Positions 18,301 to 28,197 of a stretch of DNA of 64,000 nucleotides are shown here, piece after piece. This stretch comes from an uncultured virus (IMG/VR IMGVR_UViG_3300035698_024194) (lineage: Duplodnaviria > Heunggongvirae > Uroviricota > Caudoviricetes). Position numbers and translations under genes: made by a program. The stretch lies in the IMG/VR virus record IMGVR_UViG_3300035698_024194. One strand, given 5' to 3'. Numbering within the stretch: the stretch's first letter is position 1; every line of letters starts with the position of its first letter. Under the pieces are notes generated by a model. It saw only the letters and a list, made by a program, of their open reading frames with translations. It made no database searches and was not told the DNA's origin.

Positions 18301-18621
18301 TCAACCGATCGCCAACGGGTCCTGACCTTCTATAACAGGTACCGGTTTGTCTCGTTCAGCTTTAGCTTTATCAATAGGAGCAGCTACTTTAGCAACTTTT
18401 TCTTTCTTTTGTGTTTCATGCCATTCCTTATCAATTTCGATACTAACAGGCGCTTTTGGAATTGGAGTGATTTTCATAAGATTTTTAATTTCTCGTTTAA
18501 AGTATCTTGCTTGTTCACCTGTAATTGTACTGTTCATGTCCTTATTTGAAAGAGTTTTGTCAAAATCCTTTGGTGCCAGCTTCTCCCCAGTTTCAGTATT
18601 CTTGATAAAAATCTTGTACAT
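18301..18621 (-). CDS. Hypothetical protein
   Basis: 106-aa ORF with AAGGAGG RBS. Confidence 0.75.
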   Translation of the reverse strand: MYKIFIKNTETGEKLAPKDFDKTLSNKDMNSTITGEQARYFKREIKNLMKITPIPKAPVSIEIDKEWHETQKKEKVAKVAAPIDKAKAERDKPVPVIEGQDPLAIG

Positions 18622-18636
18622 TATAACCTCCTTAAA

Positions 18637-18651
18637 TTTTATTATATGTTC
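18637..18651 (-). promoter_or_regulatory. Putative late promoter GAACA-N4/5-TAAA
   Basis: GAACATATAATAAAA; one of seven similar motifs upstream of start codons. Confidence 0.45.
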
Positions 18652-18653
18652 TT

Positions 18654-19412
18654 TTATAAAACTTCCGTTATCTTTTTAGAATATCTATTAAATGTCAACA
18701 TTACCTTTTCAACATACTTGCAAGTCTCAGTACTTAGTTTAGGATCACCATTTTTAAAATATCGGGCATTTCGAGGACCTCCATTATACTCTGCTAACAT
18801 CAAAGGAATTTGTCCTTTATATGTAACATATAATATATCTAAATAACTACATGCTAAATGAGTATTTTTCTCAAGGTCAAGCAAAATTTCAGGATCATAT
18901 TCCCATCCAAGAAATTTACAAAGCATTCGACCAGTAGAAGGCCATATTTGGTTTAATCCCGTTGCTCCTTGTTTACTAACTGCATTTGATTTAAAACTAC
19001 TTTCAACTTGTTGAATTGCAGTTAATAATATAACATCCACTCTTTTATATCTATCACAAAAGTCTAAATTGTTTTCAGCTATTGCATATGCTTTAGCCTC
19101 AGTTAATTCAATACTATCATTTACAATTATGTCTCTAAGTTTAAGTAATAACCTTTTCCTTTTTTGGTCAAATGATACTCCAGCTGAAATAACGGTTAGT
19201 TGTTCTGAAATTTTCATTTGAAATTGTTTTGATTGATATTCTAATTTGTTTACTTGTTTTTTCAAATCAGCATTTCTTTTAGAAAGATTATTCCCATTTA
19301 TAACAATAGTAACCCCTAAAATTATTGCCACAACAAATATTATTATAATAACAACGGGTACTGTAAAACCCATCTCAATTTTTTTGCGTTTGGGTGTTTC
19401 ATAATGTTCCAT
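18654..19412 (-). CDS. Lytic transglycosylase (SLT domain) with N-terminal transmembrane helix and coiled coil
   Basis: IQQVESSF catalytic Glu, GATGLNQI, LAEYNGG, ETCKYV; hydrophobic VPVVIIIIFVVAIILGV. Confidence 0.9.
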   Translation of the reverse strand: MEHYETPKRKKIEMGFTVPVVIIIIFVVAIILGVTIVINGNNLSKRNADLKKQVNKLEYQSKQFQMKISEQLTVISAGVSFDQKRKRLLLKLRDIIVNDSIELTEAKAYAIAENNLDFCDRYKRVDVILLTAIQQVESSFKSNAVSKQGATGLNQIWPSTGRMLCKFLGWEYDPEILLDLEKNTHLACSYLDILYVTYKGQIPLMLAEYNGGPRNARYFKNGDPKLSTETCKYVEKVMLTFNRYSKKITEVL

Positions 19413-19423
19413 GTTACCCTCCT

Positions 19424-19822
19424 TTATAAGTCATGTTCAATTTTAAACATTAATGCATCTACCTCTGGTAATATTCTAACAATCTTAGCTCTCTTTTGAC
19501 AATTATATAATCCAGATGAATTATAATGATTAACCCTCCCCTTCATTGCATCAAATCCTATTTTTTTAGAATAAGTAAAATAAAAGTTAACCATTTCATT
19601 AGGAGTTATCAAATCAAGTCTAGCATATAAAACATTAGGCATCCACATACTAACGGTAAAATTATCTACATATCCTATATACAACTCTCTTTCAAATTTA
19701 ACTTCAATTATTTTTTCCTTAAGCTCACTGAACTTATACCCGTTATATATAAAATCTTTTACTAATTCTTTCTTCTTCTTTTTACGGTTTATTGCTTTAC
19801 GCTTTTCTCTCCCTTTTTTCAT
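19424..19822 (-). CDS. Small hypothetical protein of the IM[FW]KL motif family
   Basis: Ends PEVDALMFKIEHDL. Confidence 0.7.
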   Translation of the reverse strand: MKKGREKRKAINRKKKKKELVKDFIYNGYKFSELKEKIIEVKFERELYIGYVDNFTVSMWMPNVLYARLDLITPNEMVNFYFTYSKKIGFDAMKGRVNHYNSSGLYNCQKRAKIVRILPEVDALMFKIEHDL

Positions 19823-19834
19823 TTAATATACACC

Positions 19835-21223
19835 TTATAATTCTTTTACTTCAATTGGCCACCCGGTATTATCATAAAATGTTTTCCTGTATTTTGATCT
19901 GTCGACCATATCTTTACATCCGCTATCTACAAGGTCGATTATTACTGGTTGTTGTTTACCTTCCAGTATCCTTTGAACTCTTCCTGCAGCTTGTTTTAAA
20001 TTTGAAGGAGGAGTTAAAAATATAATACTGTCCATTCTAGGAACATCAAACCCATCTCTCCCTTTTTGATAAGTGGCTAAAATTATTTGTTTTTCTAAAA
20101 TACTTTCTCTTTTTTCTGCTTTCTTTTTTGTACCATTTTTACCATCTCCCATAAATCTTCCATAAGCATTAGGGGGAAGAACAGCTGCACATTCATCAAG
20201 CAAATTTATTCTATCAGATAATACAAGAGCATTCCTGTTATTCTCATGTACCTGTTTAATAATTTGCTTAATATATTTCATTAATGATTCTGATTTAATC
20301 ATTTTGGAAAGATAAACTCCTTTATTAAACCTTCCTCGATTTGAATCTTCTCTGTATAATTGATATATTAAATATTTAAACTTAGGTAAAAGTCCAAAAT
20401 CAAAATATATCATTATAACTTTACATCCAAGAGTATCTGATTCGCCTTCTGGTTCAAACACTCCTTTAACATGATAATTTATAATATCAGTATTACCATC
20501 TAATCTTGATGGGGTTGCACTTAATCCAAAGGTCCTTGTTGCATAAGTATGTAAAGAAGATCTTGAAAATTGCTCAGCTGAAACAGATGTATGACATTCA
20601 TCCCAAATGGCAATTCCAAAGTTAGCATTTCTTGCAGCATCAATAAATTCCTTACCTTTAGTATTAACGAGACTAACATAAGTTTGAACAGTAGATAAAA
20701 CAATGGGCTTATCCAAATCCCTTTGATAAGTTCCTGATTTGAGCATACCGATTTGATCTCGACTTAAATCAGTATGCTCAGAAAACCTATCTGCCCATTG
20801 CTCATATAATGTACTTGTGTGAACGAAGATAATTGCTTTTTTACCTAGTGTACATATTGCCTTAATGGTTATCACGGTTTTGCCATCACCCGGTCCCATA
20901 CAAAGCACTCCACATGTATTTTCTACCAACCAATCAATTGCACTTTTCTGACGCACATTTCTTGGTTTAATGTGATCACCTATATCAATGTCTTTACCGG
21001 GATGAATTGCCCCAGCAGAACTATGACCGTGTTCACTAAGTGGATAAAATCTAGGTATTAAAATTTCAGTATCAGTTTCGTCGTAGTATTTTTTAATTTC
21101 AATTTGTTCACTATCGGCGAATGATTCTGATTTCCTCGTCAAATGTTTAAGTACATTCTTGCACCAGAGGTGATCCTTATACTTCAAAGGAATTCTGATA
21201 CAACTGTCTACCGTGAATATCAT
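19835..21223 (-). CDS. uvsW: Superfamily 2 DNA helicase (UvsW-like)
   Basis: GPGDGKT, DECH, SAT, DGFDVP, QAAGRVQR. Confidence 0.9.
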   Translation of the reverse strand: MIFTVDSCIRIPLKYKDHLWCKNVLKHLTRKSESFADSEQIEIKKYYDETDTEILIPRFYPLSEHGHSSAGAIHPGKDIDIGDHIKPRNVRQKSAIDWLVENTCGVLCMGPGDGKTVITIKAICTLGKKAIIFVHTSTLYEQWADRFSEHTDLSRDQIGMLKSGTYQRDLDKPIVLSTVQTYVSLVNTKGKEFIDAARNANFGIAIWDECHTSVSAEQFSRSSLHTYATRTFGLSATPSRLDGNTDIINYHVKGVFEPEGESDTLGCKVIMIYFDFGLLPKFKYLIYQLYREDSNRGRFNKGVYLSKMIKSESLMKYIKQIIKQVHENNRNALVLSDRINLLDECAAVLPPNAYGRFMGDGKNGTKKKAEKRESILEKQIILATYQKGRDGFDVPRMDSIIFLTPPSNLKQAAGRVQRILEGKQQPVIIDLVDSGCKDMVDRSKYRKTFYDNTGWPIEVKEL

Positions 21224-21247
21224 GTTACATTACTCCTTAATAATTTA

Positions 21248-21589
21248 TTATAAATGCTTAATTTCATCTTCAATTTCTAATTTAAAACATATTTCATCTG
21301 CTTCTTCACACAATTCAAGGCTATTTAAATTAATCCAACCAAAAGGAATTGTGGCCACAGCCTCCTTATATTTAAGTAATACATCTACTGTAATACCAGG
21401 TTGAATTGAACTATATGTATATATGATATTATGAACTCTAACTAATCCCATCAATTCTTGGGACCCTTTAATCGAAAACATATGTTCAATATTATGCCTA
21501 TTACCTGGATTAACATGAAATCGTATTACTTTGCCATTGAATAATTTAGCTACTGTTTGATTTGTCATATTATTCCCTCTCGGGTCCAA
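21248..21589 (-). CDS. Small hypothetical protein of the IM[FW]KL motif family
   Basis: Ends EEADEICFKLEIEDEIKHL; likely start MTNQT. Confidence 0.7.
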   Translation of the reverse strand: MDPRGNNMTNQTVAKLFNGKVIRFHVNPGNRHNIEHMFSIKGSQELMGLVRVHNIIYTYSSIQPGITVDVLLKYKEAVATIPFGWINLNSLELCEEADEICFKLEIEDEIKHL

Positions 21590-22043
21590 CTCTTACCCAT
21601 TCAGCAAATGAATCTTCTGTTTCCCATATCTTAATTGAATGAAGAAATCCTCTTAATTGAGTTGCTTCTGCTATATCTTCAATTAAAGGTAATGTGTTTA
21701 AAATAAACATCAACATATTTTCAACTGTACAAGGCCAATATTCGCTTGGCATTATATTATTTAAACACTCATGATCAAGTTTGTTAACAACTAAATTATT
21801 AACAATCTTTTTCAAATTAACAAAATTTATTAGAAATCCTGTTCTAGAATCTATTTCGCCCTTTACAGTAATTTCCATTTTATATGAGTGTCCATGATAT
21901 TTTCTTGGAGACTTCTTAGCTTGCTTTAATGATCTAAATCCTGAACAAGCACCAAATTCTTCTATATTAGCTTTCACACTAAGTTCAGGATTTTCTAAAT
22001 AATGTGATGCCTCAAATTTAAATCTCTTCGTCACTGATATCAT
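21570..22043 (-). CDS. queD: 6-carboxy-5,6,7,8-tetrahydropterin synthase (QueD/PTPS)
   Basis: FEASH, C, HGHSY, LDH, TVEN, IWET motifs. Confidence 0.92.
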   Translation of the reverse strand: MISVTKRFKFEASHYLENPELSVKANIEEFGACSGFRSLKQAKKSPRKYHGHSYKMEITVKGEIDSRTGFLINFVNLKKIVNNLVVNKLDHECLNNIMPSEYWPCTVENMLMFILNTLPLIEDIAEATQLRGFLHSIKIWETEDSFAEWVRVGPERE

Positions 22044-22491
22044 CTTTGATTTCCTTTCTTATTTTGAAATCATCTTCTGTTATTTTTCTCCCATCATATT
22101 TACATTTTCTTTTTAAATATATATTGACATGAGCAATATCTGTTAATACTGCTTCATTCGGAGAACACACCGAATGGGAAGATACTCGATTCCCATTATC
22201 ATCAAGAGATACCCATTTTAATATCCACACTGATGGAAAAGATGGATGAATCATTTTAATAACATTATATAAAGTATCTTCGTTATGCAACAGTTCAGCA
22301 TCCCAGAATTCAGCTCTTAATGATATATTCCAATTGTATTTTTCCTTTTCATATAATGATTCAATTTCATAATTACAAATTGCACATTTAGTAGTATCGT
22401 CATTATAATATTTACAAGATGGACTACAATCTTGTAACTCGATCGGTCTCATTCCTGTTTCTGCATATAAAGCATGTAATTTACAAAACAT
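22018..22491 (-). CDS. Hypothetical protein with N-terminal Cys cluster
   Basis: 157-aa ORF with AGGAGG RBS. Confidence 0.7.
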   Translation of the reverse strand: MFCKLHALYAETGMRPIELQDCSPSCKYYNDDTTKCAICNYEIESLYEKEKYNWNISLRAEFWDAELLHNEDTLYNVIKMIHPSFPSVWILKWVSLDDNGNRVSSHSVCSPNEAVLTDIAHVNIYLKRKCKYDGRKITEDDFKIRKEIKDDISDEEI

Positions 22492-22502
22492 TAAAACCTC
22501 CT

Positions 22503-24845
22503 TTATTTATACTTATTAGCCCATATATAATCGGCAGAATTCTTCAAGTTGTCTTGTAATTCCTTTCGTTTCAAAGCATGTGTATCAGTTTCAGTTTTAA
22601 TCCTAAACAAACGAGCAATAGTATATTTTTCAAATAATGCTTTTAAAACTTCTTCTTCTACCTTGGCCGCCACAGATATATTATTTATTACTAAAGGTAA
22701 ATCGTCTGGGTTCTTTTTTAACTCGACTGATAAATGAGGCCGAATTGTTTTTATAATATTTAGTTCATTTATTGTCTTAGTCAAATCTTCAATTTGACTT
22801 TGTAAAACTGATTCGACAACTTTCTTATAAATATTATAAGTAGTTATTAACATTTCATCAGGAGAAACTAATTGAACTTTGCCTTTTACATTAACCATAT
22901 TACATTCAAATGTAATAGGTCCTACTAACAATTCTTCTAATCTCTCTGTTAATTTAGATATAGGATATCCTCGTTGCCTTTTAATTAATAATCTTATTTG
23001 ACAACCATTTTTTAAATTTGTTTCATCTGTAATTCCAATTGATTTTTCTACTTCTATATCCTTTTGGAATTTTTTCTCGATTGCGCTCCATTGTTTTGAT
23101 TCAGGCCAATTTCTTATAATTACACTTTTTCCATCAACTTCATACTTCCCTTTAAATAATAACTTCCCTTTACCTGTAGTCAGCAATTCTTTAAATTCAG
23201 CATCTTTAGATAAATGTGTACATTTAGTTAACGGCCTAATGATCGGTTCAGTTTTTCGATATCCTAATAACCATTCCAATCTTTTAGTAAGATCTTTATA
23301 AGAATATGCAGGGATCATTGTCCTATAACCAAAACCAATTCCTTGTGTATATTCATTTCCTAATAAACAAAGAGGAAATTTAATGGGTATAAGAGGAGGC
23401 TCAGGATAATATTCTAGTTCTTGCCTCTCAATATAATTAATATATTCAAATGCCATTTTTGACATATGAGGAGTCATTCTTGTTTCAGTATATCTCATGG
23501 CGGCAGGTTTTTCTTTCATGATACCCAATTTTAAACCCCAGTTTCCTTGAGTATCATCAAGATGCCCATTATTAACTAACCGAATAAGAACTTCATAACA
23601 AGAATTATGGACAAATATCCCACTAGCAAGTCCAAAGTTATTCCATTTATCAACAGATATATCATAAAAGTTTTCAGATTCATCCAATTCAATCTTTTCT
23701 ACCTTTACCACTTTATGATTATAATCTTGTGATTGTTTAATTGCTTCTACATGACTTCCAAAATAATAAGGAATTCTTTCCCATTTTACATAATTATAAT
23801 ATTTATCAGATGATCTTTGTAATCCATAATTAGTAGAATTAATTTCTATTTTATTATAAATCATATCATTTAATATTCTCATAATTTTTATCTTAGGAAG
23901 ATCTTTATTAACTTTTGTAATCAATTTAGAATTTTTTTCCTGAATTTTTTTCCTGAATTTACCGCCAGAAGAAAACATTTCATTCCTTCCTTTTTCAAGA
24001 CCAAAAAGTGCAGATTTTCTAAAACTTAAATCTGAAATATATTTTTGTTTTATTTTTTTAGATTGTTTTTCTTTTAACTCAGGAGTCCACGCTTTAGTCA
24101 ATTTTATAGACATATCATTTCTAAAATCTGCACTTTTCCAATTATTTTTAGATGTAATACTAGCATGCTCATTTGGAGTTAAAACTTTTATATTTGATGG
24201 AACATCATTGTTTCTATTAGAATCTATATGATGAACATGATGTTTTGAAGAATCATAATCATATAAATTTTCTGCTACTATTACTGATGTCTTCTTCATT
24301 CCATTTCCTGAAGAACAAAGTACATATCCATCATCTTCACTTAATTTTAAAGGCATTAATGAATCGCCTTCTTTTAAATCTTTTGCTTTGATATAATGGC
24401 CCTCTCTAGCCATAAAAGGATGATTTTCTGTAAAATCATCATGTTTACCATTATCAAGTGTAATTCGATATTTTATTTTTGATGTTTTTGTTATTCTAGG
24501 ATGATGAGCAAGACCAGGTACAATTGTACCGTTTGGTTTACATGAATAAACCCAAAATTCTTTGTCTGCCCAATTTTCCGCTAACCAACCAATAGTTTTA
24601 ATTGTACCATCTAATAGCGGAATTTCTGTATTCACGCTTATACATTCTCCGTGAGGATGATATTCTTTAATTGCATGTCCTATCACACCTGCACTTTTAA
24701 CAAACTTTTTAGGAGCTACTTCATATGTAGAAAGAAGTAATCTGCGTTCAACCAGTTTACATCCATCAAGAATAAATGGAAAACTTCTAAATTCATTAAT
24801 ATATCTCCCATATATCCCATACAACTCAGGTAACAGCTTTTGCAT
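22503..24845 (-). CDS. gyrA: Type IIA topoisomerase subunit A (GyrA/ParC/gp52-like, no C-terminal pinwheel), intein-containing
   Basis: DGCKLVERR, KSA, YHPHG, QGNWG, AAMRYTE catalytic Tyr, GIGFG; AAGGAG RBS favours the ATG at 24845. Confidence 0.93.
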   Translation of the reverse strand: MQKLLPELYGIYGRYINEFRSFPFILDGCKLVERRLLLSTYEVAPKKFVKSAGVIGHAIKEYHPHGECISVNTEIPLLDGTIKTIGWLAENWADKEFWVYSCKPNGTIVPGLAHHPRITKTSKIKYRITLDNGKHDDFTENHPFMAREGHYIKAKDLKEGDSLMPLKLSEDDGYVLCSSGNGMKKTSVIVAENLYDYDSSKHHVHHIDSNRNNDVPSNIKVLTPNEHASITSKNNWKSADFRNDMSIKLTKAWTPELKEKQSKKIKQKYISDLSFRKSALFGLEKGRNEMFSSGGKFRKKIQEKNSKLITKVNKDLPKIKIMRILNDMIYNKIEINSTNYGLQRSSDKYYNYVKWERIPYYFGSHVEAIKQSQDYNHKVVKVEKIELDESENFYDISVDKWNNFGLASGIFVHNSCYEVLIRLVNNGHLDDTQGNWGLKLGIMKEKPAAMRYTETRMTPHMSKMAFEYINYIERQELEYYPEPPLIPIKFPLCLLGNEYTQGIGFGYRTMIPAYSYKDLTKRLEWLLGYRKTEPIIRPLTKCTHLSKDAEFKELLTTGKGKLLFKGKYEVDGKSVIIRNWPESKQWSAIEKKFQKDIEVEKSIGITDETNLKNGCQIRLLIKRQRGYPISKLTERLEELLVGPITFECNMVNVKGKVQLVSPDEMLITTYNIYKKVVESVLQSQIEDLTKTINELNIIKTIRPHLSVELKKNPDDLPLVINNISVAAKVEEEVLKALFEKYTIARLFRIKTETDTHALKRKELQDNLKNSADYIWANKYK
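23604..24644 (-). mobile_element. Intein (347 aa) with HNH homing endonuclease
   Basis: Starts CISVNTEIPLLDG, block B FTENHPF, HNH motif HHIDSNRNNDVPSNI, ends YDISV..NNF....IFVHN|S. Confidence 0.93.
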
Positions 24846-24876
24846 ACAACTCTCCTTAAATAAGTTAACTTTTAAA

Positions 24877-25119
24877 CTATTCAAATATTGGTATCAATTT
24901 CCATTCGCTTGAGTTATCTTTTCGCCCTACAATAAGAGTATCAATTTTTCCATTAAGAGCATCTACCTGTCCACGATGGTAAGATTTGTCTATAAAAATA
25001 ACAATCCATAACATAAGAAAACAACCAACAAAAACTCCACAAAGAAATTTCATATATATATCTCCTTTAATCGTTGAATAATTTATCATAATTAGTGGAC
25101 ATATCATCATTTTCCTCAT
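24877..25119 (-). CDS. Small membrane protein
   Basis: Likely start MKFLCGVFVGCFLMLWIVIFI after AAGGAGA; one TM helix. Confidence 0.6.
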   Translation of the reverse strand: MRKMMICPLIMINYSTIKGDIYMKFLCGVFVGCFLMLWIVIFIDKSYHRGQVDALNGKIDTLIVGRKDNSSEWKLIPIFE

Positions 25120-25399
25120 TTGCTAAATTCCACATAATTGATTTTGATTCGATTGCCCTTCTTATTCCATCAATTTCAATTTGTTTCAAATCAATAGTTG
25201 TTGTAGTAACCCCGCTCGAAATTACAATTGCAGTGATATTCTCGTCGAGAAGTCTCATGGTTCTAATTCTTTTAAATGCTCCAATCTTAGTTATTGCAAG
25301 CGTTGTTTTATGTTTCAAATTAATTACTAAAACATCTCCCTCCTTATAATTTAAAAAATCATCTAATTCCTCTTGTTCATTCATTTGATAAATCCTCAT
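25067..25399 (-). CDS. Small hypothetical protein of the IM[FW]KL motif family
   Basis: EGDVLVI near the N-terminus; IESKSIMWNLANEE near the C-terminus. Confidence 0.7.
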   Translation of the reverse strand: MRIYQMNEQEELDDFLNYKEGDVLVINLKHKTTLAITKIGAFKRIRTMRLLDENITAIVISSGVTTTTIDLKQIEIDGIRRAIESKSIMWNLANEENDDMSTNYDKLFND

Positions 25400-25676
25400 T
25401 ATCTAATTTGAACATGATTACCTCAGCATCACTTGCTGATTTAACTTTCTCAATATCTCGAATACAAAAACTTGTATTCCAATCACCGCGTACGGTAGGT
25501 CCAATAAATTTATCTGTTTCAAGATAACGAAAATCTAAATACCAATCACGAGCACGTGTATGATAACTGATCCCTCTGAGTTCGACAAAATGCCAAATGG
25601 TGGAAGGGGATTTTTTATCTAGACTAATATAAATTAAATCCCCTTCATTAAATTTACCAAACTCCTCTCGTGTCAT
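25377..25676 (-). CDS. Small hypothetical protein of the IM[FW]KL motif family
   Basis: EGDLIYI near the N-terminus; ends SDAEVIMFKLDNEDLSNE. Confidence 0.7.
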   Translation of the reverse strand: MTREEFGKFNEGDLIYISLDKKSPSTIWHFVELRGISYHTRARDWYLDFRYLETDKFIGPTVRGDWNTSFCIRDIEKVKSASDAEVIMFKLDNEDLSNE

Positions 25677-27517
25677 ACAAGTGTCCTTTTTAAACTTGAG
25701 TCAACCATAAGATTAAATAATTTTTCAGGATCTTTAGGATATTGAATTTGAACTAGCCTTCTTGTTTTTATATCAAGCATACATGTAGCTAGTTGTGTAA
25801 CATTCATTTCACCCAATCCTTTGAATCTCAAAACATGTTCTTTTGGATTTTGTTTTTTATATACTTCCATTTCACTTTCTTCATAAAAAGGTATAAATTT
25901 ATTTTTTCCTCTAACACCAAACAAAGGCATCTGACAAATATATAAATATCCTTTTTTAATAATTTCAGGCATTAACTTAAGAAATGCCATCATTGTGATA
26001 GAAGCAATATGGGCACCATCAGCATCAGCATCAGTACCAATAATTATTTTACCATATCTAACACCATTAATATGAAAATCAGGTTCCATCCCTGTACCAC
26101 AAGCATTAATCAATTCAACCAATTCAGATTTTGTCTCAGTTGATTTTCCTTTGCCTTTCTTTTTAAGGATTTGACTTGTATCTTTTAATGCTGCAACATT
26201 AGGAATACTTTTACCCTTTAAAGGTAATACTGCATGAATCTGAGGATCCCTAGCTGCTATCAAATTTCCTGCAGCTGATTCCCCCTCAACAATAAACAAT
26301 TCTGATTCATCAACCGAGTGAGTAATACAATCCCTAAGTTTACCACCAAGGGTTGAACTCGCCCGTGTAACTGTACCTCCTGATTTAATAATATTCTTTG
26401 TTGAATCAAGCCTCTTCCTATATTGTTCAAAGTGCAATAAAATTGAAGCTAATAACTCTTCATCTTTAGTTAATAATTTAATTAACTCTGCTTCAGCTTT
26501 AGTATATAAGAAATCTAATTCACCTTTATTTTTATGGAATTTTATTTTATCCTGTGAATTAAATTTAATATTATACAACATCAATGAAGTCAAACATCTA
26601 AACCCTACTAAACAATCTTGTTTATTTACACTCATTTTCTTTTTCTTAGCAAGATCGAAAAGTATATTTTTAAACATATCATTCGTTGTTTGAATATGTG
26701 TGCCTGTATCAGTTGATAATATATTTACTGTACCATGATGTCTAGGAGTAGGTGATCCATCAAGCGAATAACACCATCTTATAAGAAGTTCCTCTTCTCC
26801 AATTTTAACAATAATATCTTTAATAGGAGTTGTTGCTTCCTTCTCCTGTTTTAAAATATCATCTCTAAAATATTCATCCATGTTACAAGTAATAACTTCC
26901 TGTACATCATCAATTTTCAAGGCCAATTTTAACTTCGGAATATAAACTGATGCCAATTTCATTCTTTTACGAATGTAATCAATATCAACAGCAGCAGATG
27001 CAAAATATTTCTTTTTGGGTTTAAAAACAACTCTAGTTGAAAATGGTGTTTCCCCTGTATGGTTTGTTATTTCATTTCTAACTACCTTACAATCTTTCCA
27101 TTCAACTACAGCATGCTTATTATTTCGGAAAACATCAATTGTCATTGTTTCACTTAATGCTGCAATTGCCACAATTCCTACACCGTGTAGACCTGTTGCA
27201 ATACCATAAGATTCTTCCTGCCCTTTTTTAAATTTGCCTCCAGAGAAAAGTTCTGAAGCAACCCTTACTATTGTATCATTTTTAATAGGAATACCTCGCC
27301 CATTATCCATTATGAGATATTCTTTCTTTTTAGTATCAATTATAACAGCAACCAATGAAGCATGCCCTGCTTTCGCTTCATCCTGAGCATTATCAAATGC
27401 TTCGATTAAAAGATGTGTAGCATATTCAGTACTCCCAATAAACATTCCGGGATTTTCTTGAATTGGTTCAAATTTTTTCAGATAAGTCATACTTTCGCTA
27501 TCATACTTTTTAGACAT
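25673..27517 (-). CDS. gyrB: Type IIA topoisomerase subunit B (GyrB/ParE-like)
   Basis: E..DN..DE, DNGRGIP, GLHGVG, EGESA, PLKGK, TDADADG, RFKGLGEM. Confidence 0.95.
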   Translation of the reverse strand: MSKKYDSESMTYLKKFEPIQENPGMFIGSTEYATHLLIEAFDNAQDEAKAGHASLVAVIIDTKKKEYLIMDNGRGIPIKNDTIVRVASELFSGGKFKKGQEESYGIATGLHGVGIVAIAALSETMTIDVFRNNKHAVVEWKDCKVVRNEITNHTGETPFSTRVVFKPKKKYFASAAVDIDYIRKRMKLASVYIPKLKLALKIDDVQEVITCNMDEYFRDDILKQEKEATTPIKDIIVKIGEEELLIRWCYSLDGSPTPRHHGTVNILSTDTGTHIQTTNDMFKNILFDLAKKKKMSVNKQDCLVGFRCLTSLMLYNIKFNSQDKIKFHKNKGELDFLYTKAEAELIKLLTKDEELLASILLHFEQYRKRLDSTKNIIKSGGTVTRASSTLGGKLRDCITHSVDESELFIVEGESAAGNLIAARDPQIHAVLPLKGKSIPNVAALKDTSQILKKKGKGKSTETKSELVELINACGTGMEPDFHINGVRYGKIIIGTDADADGAHIASITMMAFLKLMPEIIKKGYLYICQMPLFGVRGKNKFIPFYEESEMEVYKKQNPKEHVLRFKGLGEMNVTQLATCMLDIKTRRLVQIQYPKDPEKLFNLMVDSSLKRTLV

Positions 27518-28197
27518 ATTATCTCCTTTTTAATTCCATGATTTATTACATCTTCAATTCTAAAAGTTTTATTTAATTGAACAGTAGTGGCTTTTTTTAA
27601 TGCAAGATCAACTTCAACATCTGTAGGAATATCGTTTATAAATCTAATAAATAACCATCCTAAAGATTCTATTTCAGTTTGCCTAAATAAATCTTTTTTC
27701 TTATTGAAATGAGTTTTCGTTTCATCATGTTCAATTGCAATTTTCAAATCTAGAATTGCAATATCGATGAAGTAATTTTTTCCTGTATTTGATATCACAT
27801 GATATTCAAATAGGGCTCCTGGTATAATTTTTTTAATAATGTCGAATAATTTCTTTTGTTTATGCGGAAACTTGATTAATCCTTTTCTTGCTGTGACTAC
27901 TCCTCCATTCGACATATATAATTTTGCTTTTTCCCTATTTTCTGGTCGTTTCATAACATTATGTTTAGTTTGTCCACATGATGAACAAAATTTCATACTT
28001 CTAGGATCCTTCAAAGCAACTCCACATTCTTCGCATACTCGTAAATTTAAATGTGTTTTAGAAGGCCATAATCGTCTATCATTTCCAAATTTTTGATTAT
28101 AACCTTCTAAACATTTTTTTGAATGTTGGAGTACATGATGTGATATTCCTCTTTGACCTTTAAAAAGTCGATCACATATTTCACATTTAATCAACAT
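27487..28197 (-). CDS. Free-standing endonuclease, C2H2 zinc finger plus Vsr/DUF559-like PD-(D/E)xK domain (putative homing endonuclease)
   Basis: CEIC..H...H, CEEC..CSSC, FEY...YFIDIA..KIAIEHD..H...D..R...LGW.FIRF. Confidence 0.8.
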   Translation of the reverse strand: MLIKCEICDRLFKGQRGISHHVLQHSKKCLEGYNQKFGNDRRLWPSKTHLNLRVCEECGVALKDPRSMKFCSSCGQTKHNVMKRPENREKAKLYMSNGGVVTARKGLIKFPHKQKKLFDIIKKIIPGALFEYHVISNTGKNYFIDIAILDLKIAIEHDETKTHFNKKKDLFRQTEIESLGWLFIRFINDIPTDVEVDLALKKATTVQLNKTFRIEDVINHGIKKEIICLKSMIAKV

